Of a stretch of 64,000 nt of DNA, positions 27,778-41,054 are shown piece by piece. The stretch lies in the NCBI GenBank assembly GCA_013215565.1, contig JABSQV010000023.1, positions 111,442 through 175,441 on the forward strand, given 5' to 3'. The notes beneath the pieces are model-generated. The model worked only from the letters and a program-made list of their open reading frames with translations, was not told the DNA's origin and did no database searches. Position 1 is the first letter of the stretch. Each line of letters opens with the position of its first letter. This DNA is from Myxococcales bacterium (GTDB lineage Bacteria > Myxococcota_A > UBA9160 > SZUA-336). The translations under genes and the position numbers were made by a program.

Positions 27778-28659
27778 ATGCCGGAGCGGACGCAACTCAA
27801 GCTCGAAGCGATCGGTGCCAGCTTCGGTGCGATGGTGCGCGGTGTCGATCTACGAGAACTCGACGCGCGCGGCTTCGAGCGGCTCTACGAGGCTTGGCTC
27901 GAGTACGCACTGCTGATCTTTCCCGAGCAGCACCTGAGCGACCAGGAACAGGTCGCGTTCGCCCGGCGCTTTGGAAAGCTCGAGTTCGACCTGGCCCCGC
28001 TCAGCAACCTGCGTGCGGACGGCAGCCTGCGACCCGAGCATGGCGATGATGAGGTGGTGAAGATTCTCAAGGGCAACATGGGCTGGCACTGCGACAGCAC
28101 CTATATGCCGGTCCAGGCCAAGGGAGCGGTCTTCACCGCGCGCATCGTCCCGAGTTCGGGCGGAGAGACGGGCTGGGCGGACATGCGGGCCGCTTACGAG
28201 GCCCTCGATGCGGAGACGCGGGAGAGGATTCAGCAGCTGTCGGCCTTTCACTCGCTGTACTACAGCCAGTCGAAGCTCGGTCACATCCCGAAGGCCGGCA
28301 GCCGCAGTCAGCCGGACGCCTACAGCGGGTATGGATTTCACGATCAGGGTCCGCCGCTGCGCCCGCTCGTGAAGGTCCACCCGGAGACCGGCCGCCCGTC
28401 GCTGCTGATCGGACGCCACGCCTACGGAATCCCGGGTCTGGCAGAGGCCGAGTCGGAGAAGCTGCTCCGGGAACTGGTCGAGTTCGCGTGTCAGCCGCCC
28501 CGCACCTATCACCACGCGTGGACGCCTGGCGACGCCGTCGTCTGGGACAACCGCTGCCTGCTGCACAGGGGGATCCCGTGGGACATGGCGGAGCCGCGCG
28601 TCATGGTTCACAGCCGGATCGCCGGAGACCGCGAGAGCGAATTCGCGCCTTCCCCCTGA
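27778..28659 (+). CDS. TauD/TfdA family Fe(II)/2-oxoglutarate-dependent dioxygenase
   Basis: ...GWHCDSTY... (HxD), and ...VWDNRCLLHRG.... Confidence 0.8.
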   Translation: MPERTQLKLEAIGASFGAMVRGVDLRELDARGFERLYEAWLEYALLIFPEQHLSDQEQVAFARRFGKLEFDLAPLSNLRADGSLRPEHGDDEVVKILKGNMGWHCDSTYMPVQAKGAVFTARIVPSSGGETGWADMRAAYEALDAETRERIQQLSAFHSLYYSQSKLGHIPKAGSRSQPDAYSGYGFHDQGPPLRPLVKVHPETGRPSLLIGRHAYGIPGLAEAESEKLLRELVEFACQPPRTYHHAWTPGDAVVWDNRCLLHRGIPWDMAEPRVMVHSRIAGDRESEFAPSP

Positions 28660-28701
28660 CCCGGGTGCAGGCTGAGCGCTGACGCGAGCTAGGAGACCTC
28701 G

Positions 28702-29541
28702 ATGCGTTTTGGAATCAAGACGGCGCCCCAGCACACGAGCTTCGAGGAGATGCTCGCGGTCTGGCGCGCGGCCGACGGGATCGAGCTGTTCGAGTCGGCC
28801 TGGAACTTCGACCACTTCTATCCGCTCGTGGGCGACACCGACGGGCCCTGCCTCGAGGGCTGGGTCACGCTCACGGCGCTCGCGACCGCGACGAGCCGGA
28901 TTCGGGTGGGCTGTATGGTGAACGGCACGCCCTACCGCCACCCGGCCGTGATCGCGAACATGGCCGCGAGCCTCGACATCATCTCGGGGGGGCGGCTCGA
29001 TCTCGGCCTCGGGGCGGGCTGGAACCAGAAGGAGGCGGACGCCTACGGCATCGACCTGCTCCCGATGCGCGCGCGCATGGACAAGTTCGAAGAGGCGGTC
29101 GAGGTCGTGGTCTCGCTGCTCTCGCAGGAACGCAGCGACTTTTCAGGCAAGTACTTCCGGCTCGAGAATGCGCGCTGCGAGCCCAAGGGTCCCCAGCGTC
29201 CGCACCCGCCGATCGTGATCGGGGGCGGGGGCGAGAAGCGCACGCTCCGGATCGCGGCCCGCTTTGCCCGGCATTGGAACCTGCCGTTCGCGACGCCCGA
29301 GATTTTCAAGCACAAGAGCCAGGTGCTCGACGCGCACTGCGCCGATGTCGGGCGCGAGCCGGCCGAGATTCTGCGCTCGGTTCAGATCGCCGTGATGCCG
29401 GACCAAGATCCCGCCGAGGTCGCGGCCACGGCCGCGGCGCTCGGAGAGGTCGGCGTCGAGAAGCTGATCCTGACGCTGCGGACGCCCTACCGCGCGGACC
29501 GGGTCGAGCCGTTGGCGAAGGAGCTGGCGTCGCTGGCGTGA
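28702..29541 (+). CDS. LLM-class flavin-dependent oxidoreductase (luciferase-like)
   Basis: TIM-barrel LLM signatures (...LDIISGGRLDLGLGAGW...). Confidence 0.7.
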   Translation: MRFGIKTAPQHTSFEEMLAVWRAADGIELFESAWNFDHFYPLVGDTDGPCLEGWVTLTALATATSRIRVGCMVNGTPYRHPAVIANMAASLDIISGGRLDLGLGAGWNQKEADAYGIDLLPMRARMDKFEEAVEVVVSLLSQERSDFSGKYFRLENARCEPKGPQRPHPPIVIGGGGEKRTLRIAARFARHWNLPFATPEIFKHKSQVLDAHCADVGREPAEILRSVQIAVMPDQDPAEVAATAAALGEVGVEKLILTLRTPYRADRVEPLAKELASLA

Positions 29542-29548
29542 GGAGGCT

Positions 29549-30346
29549 TCAGTTCCGCTCCGGAGGCGGCAGGTTCGGGTAGGAACCGACTGTTCCTCCG
29601 CGGTCCATCACCAGGTTGGTCCCGTTGTAGACGGCGGCCTCGTCGTTTGCCAGGAACCATACGGCGTCGGCCACTTCCGAGGGTTCGAGTTGCGCGCGCC
29701 AGGGGTTTCCGGCGCCGACCGCGCCACCCCGGTTGCGGAGCGATTCGGTCAACTCGGGCGGGAGCGGGGTGCGGGTCGACATCTCGGTGTTGAGCCAGCT
29801 CGGCGTCACGCAGTAGACGCGGATGCCGAAGCGGCCGAGTTCGAGGGCCGCACTCTCGGTGAGCGAGATTACGGCCGCCTTGGTGGCGCCGTAGGGCGCC
29901 ATGAAAGCGCCCGCAACGCCGCGCAGCGCGTGGATCGTAGACAGGTTGACGATCGCGCCTCCGCCAGCCTCGCGCATCGGGGCCACGACCGCGCGAATCC
30001 CCAGAAAGGTCCCGAGTTCGTTCGTGCGGAAACTCCGCAGGTAGTCGTCGGCCGTCGTGCGTTCGATCGTCTCCATCTGGAGCACGCCCGCGTTGTTCAC
30101 GAGGACGTCCAGCCGCCCGAAGTGCTCCCGGAGTTCGCGCACCGCGGCGTCCCAGTCGCCGGGCTCGCCCACGTCGCAGCGCACGAAGTGGGCGTCGACC
30201 TGCTTTGCGAGCGCGCGTCCCCGCGCTTCGTCGACGTCGAGCAGGGCGACGTCGGACCCCTCCTCGCGGAAGCGTCGCACGATCGCCTCCCCGATCCCGC
30301 GGGCACCCCCGGTCACGACACACACCGGCCGATCCTTCTGACTCAC
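29549..30346 (-). CDS. SDR family oxidoreductase
   Basis: ...VCVVTGGARGIGEAI..., NNAG, and Y-x3-K (YGATKAA). Confidence 0.8.
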   Translation of the reverse strand: MSQKDRPVCVVTGGARGIGEAIVRRFREEGSDVALLDVDEARGRALAKQVDAHFVRCDVGEPGDWDAAVRELREHFGRLDVLVNNAGVLQMETIERTTADDYLRSFRTNELGTFLGIRAVVAPMREAGGGAIVNLSTIHALRGVAGAFMAPYGATKAAVISLTESAALELGRFGIRVYCVTPSWLNTEMSTRTPLPPELTESLRNRGGAVGAGNPWRAQLEPSEVADAVWFLANDEAAVYNGTNLVMDRGGTVGSYPNLPPPERN

Positions 30347-30521
30347 GTCGGTTCCCCCGTGGCGTTGCGCTTACACTCGCGCGCTTCCGGAACGCGTTTG
30401 GGTCGTCGTACCCTCCCGTGTCGGAAAACTCAAGTGGCCCCGCGGGTAGTTGCGGAGCGGCGATCGCCGCTGGCGACGCATCGACTCCGAGATCCCGGGC
30501 TCCGAGCGGCCGGGATGTGGC

Positions 30522-31481
30522 TCAGCGCGCCCTGCCGACGCGGCGGCTCTGGGCCGCCATGAACTCGATCAGGGCTTCCGCGTCGGCGTCGTCGAGCCGC
30601 AGGTTCGGCATCGCGAGCTGGTTGTAGCGCTCGAAGAGTTCGCGAGCGATCGGGTCGCCCTCGGCCAGCATCTCGTCCGGCTCCTTGAGCCAGCGCACCA
30701 GCCAGGCGTGGTCTCGCAGTTTGGTCACGCCGTGAAGGTCTGGCCCAAGCGACTCGCCACCGCCGATCGTGTGACACGACGCGCAGCGGCTGCGATACAG
30801 GTACTCCCCGCGCGAGTACTTGGGCGCGTCGGGCACGTTCGCGTAGCTCCGGGCGTTGCTCCGCTGCAGCATGCCGTCGAAGAGCCCGTAGCCGATCAGG
30901 TTGGCCAGGCTCTTGGGGTTGTCGAACGGCGAACGCTTGATCCACTTCCCGGTGCGGTCGTTCCCGACGATGAAGCTGATGTTGTGATCGCCCGAGCCGT
31001 CCTGGATCTCGTCCAGGTAGAGGCCGAGCTTCTGACGCAGCAGCGTGATGTCGGCTTCCTCTCCGGTCAGGAAGACCCAGCCCGGCCCGATCTGGAACTT
31101 CTTCCGAAATTTCTTCAGGACCGCGGGCGTATCGTGCTCGGGGTCGATACTGATCGAGTACATGAAGACGTCGCGCCCGACCCGGTCGCCGAGTTCGTTG
31201 TAGACCTGCTTGAGCTTTGCGGTCTCGGCCGGACACGAGTCGGGGCAGCTCGTGTAGATGAAGTTGACGGCTACGACCCGGTTCTCGACCAGGTCGTCGT
31301 AGAAGCGGACGGACTCGCCCTCGTGCGTGATGAGCGGGATGTTCGGGAAGTAGCCCGCGCCCCGCGAGCCGGCCAGGGCCGGGCAGGCGCTCGCCTGGAC
31401 CACGAACGCCGCGAGTAACAGCGCCGCGATTCGGTTCTTTCGCCGGAGACGCTTCGGGCTGGGCACTTTCATGGGTCTCAT
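30522..31481 (-). CDS. Sco1/SenC family copper chaperone fused to a C-terminal mono-heme cytochrome c domain (module A)
   Basis: Signal/TM N-terminus; thioredoxin-fold Sco core with CPDSCP (CxxxCP) and ...DPEHDTPAVLKKF.... The C-terminal domain carries CASCH (CxxCH) and MPNL. The start lies 5 nt downstream of the stop of the preceding giant gene. Confidence 0.8.
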   Translation of the reverse strand: MRPMKVPSPKRLRRKNRIAALLLAAFVVQASACPALAGSRGAGYFPNIPLITHEGESVRFYDDLVENRVVAVNFIYTSCPDSCPAETAKLKQVYNELGDRVGRDVFMYSISIDPEHDTPAVLKKFRKKFQIGPGWVFLTGEEADITLLRQKLGLYLDEIQDGSGDHNISFIVGNDRTGKWIKRSPFDNPKSLANLIGYGLFDGMLQRSNARSYANVPDAPKYSRGEYLYRSRCASCHTIGGGESLGPDLHGVTKLRDHAWLVRWLKEPDEMLAEGDPIARELFERYNQLAMPNLRLDDADAEALIEFMAAQSRRVGRAR

Positions 31482-31486
31482 CCCGG

Positions 31487-34400
31487 CTAGCGTCGCCGTG
31501 CCCGGCGCCGGTCGCGTTCTGCCTTGCGCTGCGCCCGGCGTTCCTCCAGCCGTCTCACCTGTTCCGTTCGCTGCTCGGCACGCGCCCTGGTGCGTTCCGC
31601 CTGACTCGCGGCCAGGGTCATCGCCAGTTGTGATTGCTCCGCCGCGCGAATCCGCTCGGCCTCTTCCCGAGCTGGGCTTTGAGACGGCTGCCGGTGCGTG
31701 CCGGACGTGTCCTCCTGGGCCAGCCTGCGTGAGCGGGCGGCTGTGCGGAGGGCCTCGGCCTTGGCGTTCCGCCGGGCGGTCCTGGCGTCCCTGACTGCCT
31801 TGCGCATCGCGTTTCTCTGCGCTCGGAGCGTCGTGCGGGTGCTGGGGGGCGAAACCAGGTCCGGGGCGCTCGCGATCTCGGCCGGGTTCGTCCGGGAGTC
31901 GGGCCCTACGCTCGGGGGATCGGGGATCGGGGTCGACGCGACCGGCTCAGGCCGAACCGCATTCGCGTCCGAATCGAGATCCGAATCCGCGTCGTCGTTC
32001 TCGATTTCGTTCTCATCAGCGGGTTCCGGGATCGAAGCCACCGGGCTGAACGGCGGGACGGAGTCGAGCAGCCCGGCGGCCGCGGAGCTCTGGAGGAACT
32101 CTTCCTTGGCCTTCGGGTCGCCCACCACGCGGGAGCGGTTGCCGCTCGCGGTTGCGAGTTCGTAGCTCTCGGTATAGCTGCAGCCGTTCCATTGCGGCTG
32201 GGGCGTCAGGAAGGGTTTGAGCTGGCCCGGGTTCTCGATGTCCCAGCGCATGAGCATCGCGTGGTCTTCGTGCGAAGTATTGTGGCAGTGCTCCATGTAG
32301 GTGCCCGCGAACTCGCGGAAGCGAATCGCGACTGTGACCTCGCTGCCGCTGTCGTCCATGCGTCCGACGCGGTAGATGTCCTTGCGCGCCCACTTCTCCC
32401 ATTCGGGGGGCGGCTTGCCGTCACGTGTGAGGATTCGGCCTTCCTCGAAGTGAATGTGGACGTTGTGGCTCCAGCCGCCGTTGCCCTCGAGGTGCCAGAT
32501 TTCGAGATCACCGAGCCCTGGCGCGGCCGAGACTCGGTGCGGATCCATGCCGAGCATGCCACCGCTGCCGTCGTCCGTCTTGATGCCCCACGGGTTCTCT
32601 CCGCGCATCGCCAGCTGGCCTTCCTCGACGTTGTTCACCGATACGCCGCCCTGCTCGAACTCGAAGCTCCCCATCCGGTTGGGCGCGGGACTACCCTGCG
32701 TGTCGGTGAAGACCGCGTTCGTGATGGTTACCGGCTGTTTGTCAGTGGCGGCGCCGCGTCCGAACTTGAAGGTGCGGTGATGCGCGCGGGCAAGCTGCGT
32801 CGCGGGAAGCGCGGGCAGAGGGATCATCTTCTTCTTGCCCGGAACGTAGTCTGCGGGATCCAGACTCGGGTCGGAGTCGGCGTAGGCGTGTACCCGAAGC
32901 TCGAGGAACTTTCCGACGATCGTATCGCAGTTTCCGTCCCGCTCGTATTCCCCGGAGAGGACGTCAGCGAGCGGAACCGCGCGGTGTGGGCGCTTGCCGT
33001 TGTGGTGCTCGAGCAGGTTGACCATGTAGAGCCGGTCGTCGGGTTCGAGCTTGGCAGGATTGTGCTCGCTGAAGTCGACGATGATGTCGTAGCGCTCCGC
33101 GATTGACTGCGTCGGCAGGATGCCGTTGTGATCCTGGGTGTCTCCGTCCGCATCGAGGTCCATGCTGCCGTCGAAGGGCACGGCATGCTCGAGGATATTG
33201 CCGTCGTTGGCGATCAAGTGAAACGGCACCCGGTCGTAGGAGGTTCCCGGGTTCTCGCCCGAAAATTCCCCGCCGGCGTGATTCCGCTTTACCACCAGCG
33301 CGATCCGGAGAAAGCGCGATACGTGGGCATTCAGCATGCGGAATCGGTACCGGCGTGCGCGCACATCGAAGTAGGGGTCGTGGAGCCAGTTGATGGTCAT
33401 CCGGTCGCCCAGAAACCCGTCGGTGTTGAAGGTCGCGAACCAGAGTTGGCCGCTTGTATCGTCGACCTCGGTTCCCTCGTACCTCTGCGTGTCCTGGCCC
33501 CAGGCCTTTCCAGCCAGTTCCAGGTTGATGTCGTAGTCCCGGTTCCCCCAACTGCTCTCCCCGAGCGCACATCCGCTCGGGAGCCTCAGGTTGACCCCGT
33601 CGTCGACGCACTCGTTGCCGCGGTCGATCGCGCTGTACATGTTGAACATCGCGGCGTTGCCCTTGTAGACGTTCTGTGCGGTGTAGTCGAGCATGTGGTC
33701 GTGGAACCAGTGCGAGCTCATGATCTCGCGCCAGTCCCCGAACACGTTGATGCGGCCGTCTTCGCAGCGCTTCTCGATGCGCTTCCAGCCACAGGCCGCC
33801 GGATCGTCGTAGGCGGACACTCCAAAGGCGCGCGTGGCGTTCTCCGAGAGCTTCTGCTGCCGCGTGCATGCCTTGCCGTTCCCGTCACTGAGCGGGGACG
33901 GATGCGAAATCACGAGCGACTCGCCTGGCTGACACGGGGTCGACGCACGCGGATCGCTGGCGTCGGTATTGTCGACCTGGTTTCCGTCGAGCGGATCGTG
34001 CGCGGCCAGGATCATCGGCCAGTGGTAGTCGTAGTGCTGGCCCGGGAGGAAGAACGCCTGAGTGTAGCCGTCGCTCTCAGCCGGGTTGTGGCCGTTGTGC
34101 TCGTGAGTGGTGATGAAGTGGTTGCCGAAGCCGCGGTTGGCGTCGAAGCGGATCGGGAGCGCGTTGTGGTTCCGAAACAGGACGCCCTCGCTGTAGCGTG
34201 CCTTGAGCAGCTTTGGCGGAAAGGTGCCGTCGAAGGTCCAGAGTGCCTGATGGTCCTGGACCGGAATGTTCGGGTGGAACCGGACTTCAATCCCGGCCGT
34301 CGTGCCGTCGAACCTTCCGCTGCAGCGACTGGTCGCGGCGTCCCACTTGCAGATCCGGTCCGCCGGGTTGGTCAGAGGATTCGCCCGGGCCTCGCAGGCC

Positions 34401-35335
34401 GCCTGCTCGCTCAGGCTGGAACAGACCTTCGCTGCAACACCGTGCACGGGGTTGTGGTAGAGGCCACCGGGCGCGAACTCGCCTTTGTTGTAGCGGTGGC
34501 TCTGGGAGGAATCGCGCAGACCGCTGTTGGTGCGTGCACCCGACACGACCGTCTCGGCGTACACCGGGGGGAAGAACTCGTCCCAGCGCTGGTGCCCGTA
34601 CTGCGGTCCCTCGGGGCGGCCGTCGCAGTAGCTGCTGATCCCGCCTGGCTCCATCGGGAAAAGCTTTCCCGTGTGTGTGTTCTCGATGCACTCTTCCCAG
34701 TCGTTGGTGCGCGATTGGAAGATTCCCTCGGACTCGGACTCCTCGGCCGGATAGGGGTGGATGCGTTGAGTCAACAAATCGTCGAGCGCCGCGCCGTTCA
34801 CGCTGCAGCTCGCGCAGTCGTTTCCATCAGCGTCGTGGGGATCCGGCAGCTTCAGGGGGCAGGCCTCGCAGGGCTCCGCGTTGCTCTCGCCGTGAACGCT
34901 GCTGCGGCTCGGACAGCAGGAACCCGCGAGCGGGTCGTGATCCGTGGGCTGGGGCAGCGGACTCGTGCCGAACTCCTCGAGGCGCATCAACTGCTGGCTG
35001 AACGGCGTCGCGCCGAAGAGCGGGCTGTGGGCGCCATCGGTGGGGACGTTGCAGGCTCCGCCGAAGTTCTGGTTTCCGCGGAGTCCCGCGCTGAGCGCCG
35101 GGTTTGCGGCACTCACCGGGCTGTCGCTCGGGTCGGGATCGGCTGCTGCCGGCTGCGGGAGGGCCGCGAGCAGGCTGCAGGCCAGGGCGAGCGCGAGGCC
35201 GAAGCCCGTGACGCGAGTTCCCGCCGGGAGCCGGAGTGCTGCGGGGCGGGACCGCGATGGGTCGTGCTCGTGGGCTGGGTTCGGGAGCAGCTCCAGCGCC
35301 CTGCGCCAACTTCTGTCTCTTGGTTCCCTGGTCAT
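31487..35335 (-). CDS. giant multicopper oxidase family protein (~1280 aa; MnxG/MofA size class), secreted, with Cys-rich N-terminal region and highly charged C-terminal tail (module A)
   Basis: Cupredoxin copper-ligand motifs HEHNGH, HWFHDHMLDYT, WSHNVHIHFEEG and MEHCHNTSHEDHAM (HCHxxxHxxxxM, the T1/T3 signature). Hydrophobic signal region GFGLALALACSLLAALPQPAAA. C-terminal ~250 aa is acidic (DENEIENDDADSDLDSD), then Pro-rich, then Arg-rich helical (…RRLEERRAQRKAERDRRRARRR). Start ATG 35335; an alternative is GTG 35353. Confidence 0.75.
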   Translation of the reverse strand: MTREPRDRSWRRALELLPNPAHEHDPSRSRPAALRLPAGTRVTGFGLALALACSLLAALPQPAAADPDPSDSPVSAANPALSAGLRGNQNFGGACNVPTDGAHSPLFGATPFSQQLMRLEEFGTSPLPQPTDHDPLAGSCCPSRSSVHGESNAEPCEACPLKLPDPHDADGNDCASCSVNGAALDDLLTQRIHPYPAEESESEGIFQSRTNDWEECIENTHTGKLFPMEPGGISSYCDGRPEGPQYGHQRWDEFFPPVYAETVVSGARTNSGLRDSSQSHRYNKGEFAPGGLYHNPVHGVAAKVCSSLSEQAACEARANPLTNPADRICKWDAATSRCSGRFDGTTAGIEVRFHPNIPVQDHQALWTFDGTFPPKLLKARYSEGVLFRNHNALPIRFDANRGFGNHFITTHEHNGHNPAESDGYTQAFFLPGQHYDYHWPMILAAHDPLDGNQVDNTDASDPRASTPCQPGESLVISHPSPLSDGNGKACTRQQKLSENATRAFGVSAYDDPAACGWKRIEKRCEDGRINVFGDWREIMSSHWFHDHMLDYTAQNVYKGNAAMFNMYSAIDRGNECVDDGVNLRLPSGCALGESSWGNRDYDINLELAGKAWGQDTQRYEGTEVDDTSGQLWFATFNTDGFLGDRMTINWLHDPYFDVRARRYRFRMLNAHVSRFLRIALVVKRNHAGGEFSGENPGTSYDRVPFHLIANDGNILEHAVPFDGSMDLDADGDTQDHNGILPTQSIAERYDIIVDFSEHNPAKLEPDDRLYMVNLLEHHNGKRPHRAVPLADVLSGEYERDGNCDTIVGKFLELRVHAYADSDPSLDPADYVPGKKKMIPLPALPATQLARAHHRTFKFGRGAATDKQPVTITNAVFTDTQGSPAPNRMGSFEFEQGGVSVNNVEEGQLAMRGENPWGIKTDDGSGGMLGMDPHRVSAAPGLGDLEIWHLEGNGGWSHNVHIHFEEGRILTRDGKPPPEWEKWARKDIYRVGRMDDSGSEVTVAIRFREFAGTYMEHCHNTSHEDHAMLMRWDIENPGQLKPFLTPQPQWNGCSYTESYELATASGNRSRVVGDPKAKEEFLQSSAAAGLLDSVPPFSPVASIPEPADENEIENDDADSDLDSDANAVRPEPVASTPIPDPPSVGPDSRTNPAEIASAPDLVSPPSTRTTLRAQRNAMRKAVRDARTARRNAKAEALRTAARSRRLAQEDTSGTHRQPSQSPAREEAERIRAAEQSQLAMTLAASQAERTRARAEQRTEQVRRLEERRAQRKAERDRRRARRR

Positions 35336-35410
35336 CTGGCTCTCCGGATCCACGCCTGTGCGGAACTATTTTAGGGGCATGTGGCTAAAATAGAACAGTT
35401 TGTTGGGCTC

Positions 35411-35440
35411 ACTATATGGCCAAATAAACACTATTGTCAA
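35411..35440 (-). promoter_or_regulatory. sigma-70-like promoter candidate for module A (minus-strand -35 TTGACA / 18-nt spacer / -10 TATAGT)
   Basis: Reverse complement of 35411-35440 reads TTGACAatagtgtttatttggccaTATAGT. It lies 60-75 nt upstream of the MCO start, inside an AT-rich patch (35361-35470). Confidence 0.35.
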
Positions 35441-35810
35441 TAGATTCGTGTCTTTTTGGCAACACATCGTTCACCGAAGGGAGAGCTGAAGGGTGCCGGG
35501 CGGGACGAATTCGAGCTTGATCGGGCCCTAGAACTCGTGTCGGTTCAGCGGGATCTGCAGGGCGTTGCCGCTTGGAGGCGACCCGGTCGGGGGCCTGGAA
35601 GCGCGGCGTCGATTCCGAGAACGGGGTTGCGCCCTGGTTCTCAGGGGCGCGCGCTAGGGCGCGCGCGGAACTTCGGAGGTCTAGAGGCCCCTGGGGAGTG
35701 GGGAGGCCTCCCGGGCCGCGCACCGGGTGCGCGGGCAGATTCCTCCCGGCGCTCGGTCGGGCGGAGCCCGGGCGCGGTGCGCGCCGATCGGAATTCGACC
35801 TGGGCGGGTC

Positions 35811-36757
35811 TCAGTCCGCCTGTCTGACGCCGCGGCTCTGGGCCGCCATGTACGCGATCAGGGCGGCCGCATCGGCATCGTCCAGCCGAAGATTTGGCAT
35901 CGCGAGCTCGTTGTACCGAGCGAACTGGTCACGCGCGATCGGATCACCCTCCGCCAGCATCTTGTCCGGCTCTTTGAGCCAGCGCATGAGCCACGCGTGC
36001 TCTCGCTGCTCGGTCACGCCCAGAAGATCCGGCCCGAGTGAATCACCAGCGCCAATGGTGTGACAGGAGGTGCAGCGGCTGCGGTACAGGTACTCCCCAC
36101 GCGAGAATTTCGGCACATCGGGAACCTCCGAATAGCTCCGCACGTTCTCCCGGGGGGTGATCCCACCGAAGAGGTCGTGGCCGATCAGAGTGGCCAGGCT
36201 CGTGGGGTCGTCGAAGGGCGAGCGCGTGATCCACTTGCCCGTACGTTCGTTTCCAACGATCAAGCTGAGGTTGTGGTCTCCCGATCCGTCCTGGATCTCC
36301 TCCATGTAAAGGCCGAGCTTCCTGCGCAGCAGCGTGATGTCCTCTTCCTTGCCGGTGAGGAAGACCCAGCCCGGTCCGATCCGGAACTTTGTTGCGAACT
36401 TCTTCAGCACCGCAGGCGTATCGTGCTCGGGGTCGATGCTGATGGAGTACATGAAGACGTCGCGACCGACGCGGTCCCCCAGAATCTGATAGACCTGCCT
36501 GAGCTTGGCGGTCTCGGCGGGACAGGAGTCCGGACAACTCGTGTAGATGAAATTGATCGCCACCACCTTGTCCTTGATCAGATCCTCGTAGAAATAGACC
36601 TGCTCTCCGTCGTGGGTGGTCAGGGGGACGTTGGGGAAGTAGCGGCTGCCGTACGGACCCCCGGAGGCAGTGTGTCTGCCTCCGAAGGCCAGCACCAGCA
36701 GTGCCGCGAGGATCAGCGCCCGGGTCCAGAGTCGGAATTTGTTAGAGCGGATGAGAC

Positions 36758-36761
<4 letters not shown>
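35811..36761 (-). CDS. Sco1/SenC-cytochrome c fusion protein (module B paralogue)
   Basis: Same architecture as module A: CPDSCP, DPEHDTPAVLKKF, CTSCH (CxxCH), MPNL. About 80% nucleotide identity to 30522-31481 by eye. ATG 36759-36761 overlaps the stop of the upstream giant gene (ATGA). Confidence 0.8.
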
Positions 36762-40279
<3,518 letters not shown>

Positions 40280-40384
40280 CAGTTCAGCCTCCCAGTTCAG
40301 TAGGCGAGGGAATGCACCGAATCCGTTGTGCGTCTCTGGGACGACTCTCCAGGTGCTGCGCCGACTGCGACACCGCCGAAGCGA

Positions 40385-40530
40385 TCTTCGGAAATACCGG
40401 AATATGTTAGTTCTCAAAATCTTCAACAAGTAGGTAACTTGTACGCATCTAATCGGAAATAGTCAAGCTTTCAAAATGTTGATTCATATAATCTATATGT
40501 GTAAAATAGTATCAGCGTGTGACGAACTCG
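40385..40530. promoter_or_regulatory. AT-rich intergenic island between module B (minus) and a glutaredoxin-like gene (plus)
   Basis: About one-third GC by eye in a ~70% GC background. A plus-strand sigma-70-like promoter TTGATT-17-TAAAAT sits at 40479-40507. Minus-strand candidates for the MCO gene are weaker (TTGACT ... TACAAG). Confidence 0.4.
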
Positions 40531-40692
40531 CATGCCCCGCGCAGCATGGACGCAGAAGCGGCTGCAAGTATCCGAAACGGTCTAAAGCTCGGGGCTCCTG
40601 ATCCCATCTGAGGGCGTATGCTGTCTGCGAAGCAGCGCTCGCTGGGACCCGGTCGGGGCCGTGTGCGTTTCTTACACAGAGGGAGAGCCCGC

Positions 40693-40950
40693 GTGAAGCA
40701 AACGCTTCGCTTTTATTCACGGCCGGACTGTCCGCTGTGTGACAAGGGGCTCCCGGCGGTGCGGCGGTTGGCGCGCCGCCACGGCCTGGAACTCGAGAAG
40801 GTGAACATCGCGTCGGATCCCGGGCTCGAAGCCCGGCATGGTCGACGTATTCCGGTCGTCGAGGTCGCGGGCCGCACGCTCGGCTGGGGCCTGCTTTCGG
40901 AACGCGCGCTCGAACGCGAACTTGCCCGCTGGTGTGGGGAAGCTGGCTAG
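40693..40950 (+). CDS. glutaredoxin-like protein (DUF836/thioredoxin fold, CPLC active site)
   Basis: VKQTLRFYSRPDCPLCDKGLPAV...RRIPVVEVAG.... GTG start with a GGGAG SD. The track ORF starts earlier with an Arg-rich, unsupported extension. Confidence 0.6.
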   Translation: MKQTLRFYSRPDCPLCDKGLPAVRRLARRHGLELEKVNIASDPGLEARHGRRIPVVEVAGRTLGWGLLSERALERELARWCGEAG

Positions 40951-41054
40951 AATCGGGTCCCGGACCGCGGGCGCGCAACCCATGGATCTCCCGCGCCCGG
41001 CGCCCGTTCGGGGTTGCCGAATTCGCATCCACGAAAATCTGGAGGAATCGAAAC

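Noticed and set aside
30347-30521. Possible intrinsic terminator after the module-A Sco-cyt c gene (palindrome AGCGGC-GATC-GCCGCT)
   Set aside because: The hairpin is present but the nearest U-run is more than 20 nt away; not supportable as a canonical terminator from sequence alone.
35412-35723. 103-aa minus-strand ORF in the inter-module region
   Set aside because: It lies across the AT-rich promoter patch and GC palindromes with no SD and no similarity; most likely non-coding.
40280-40429. TTG-initiated 5' extension of the module-B oxidase (MLKILRTNIF...)
   Set aside because: The extension runs through the AT-rich leader and lacks an RBS. ATG 40279 has a GGGAGG SD and gives an N-terminus that aligns with the module-A paralogue.
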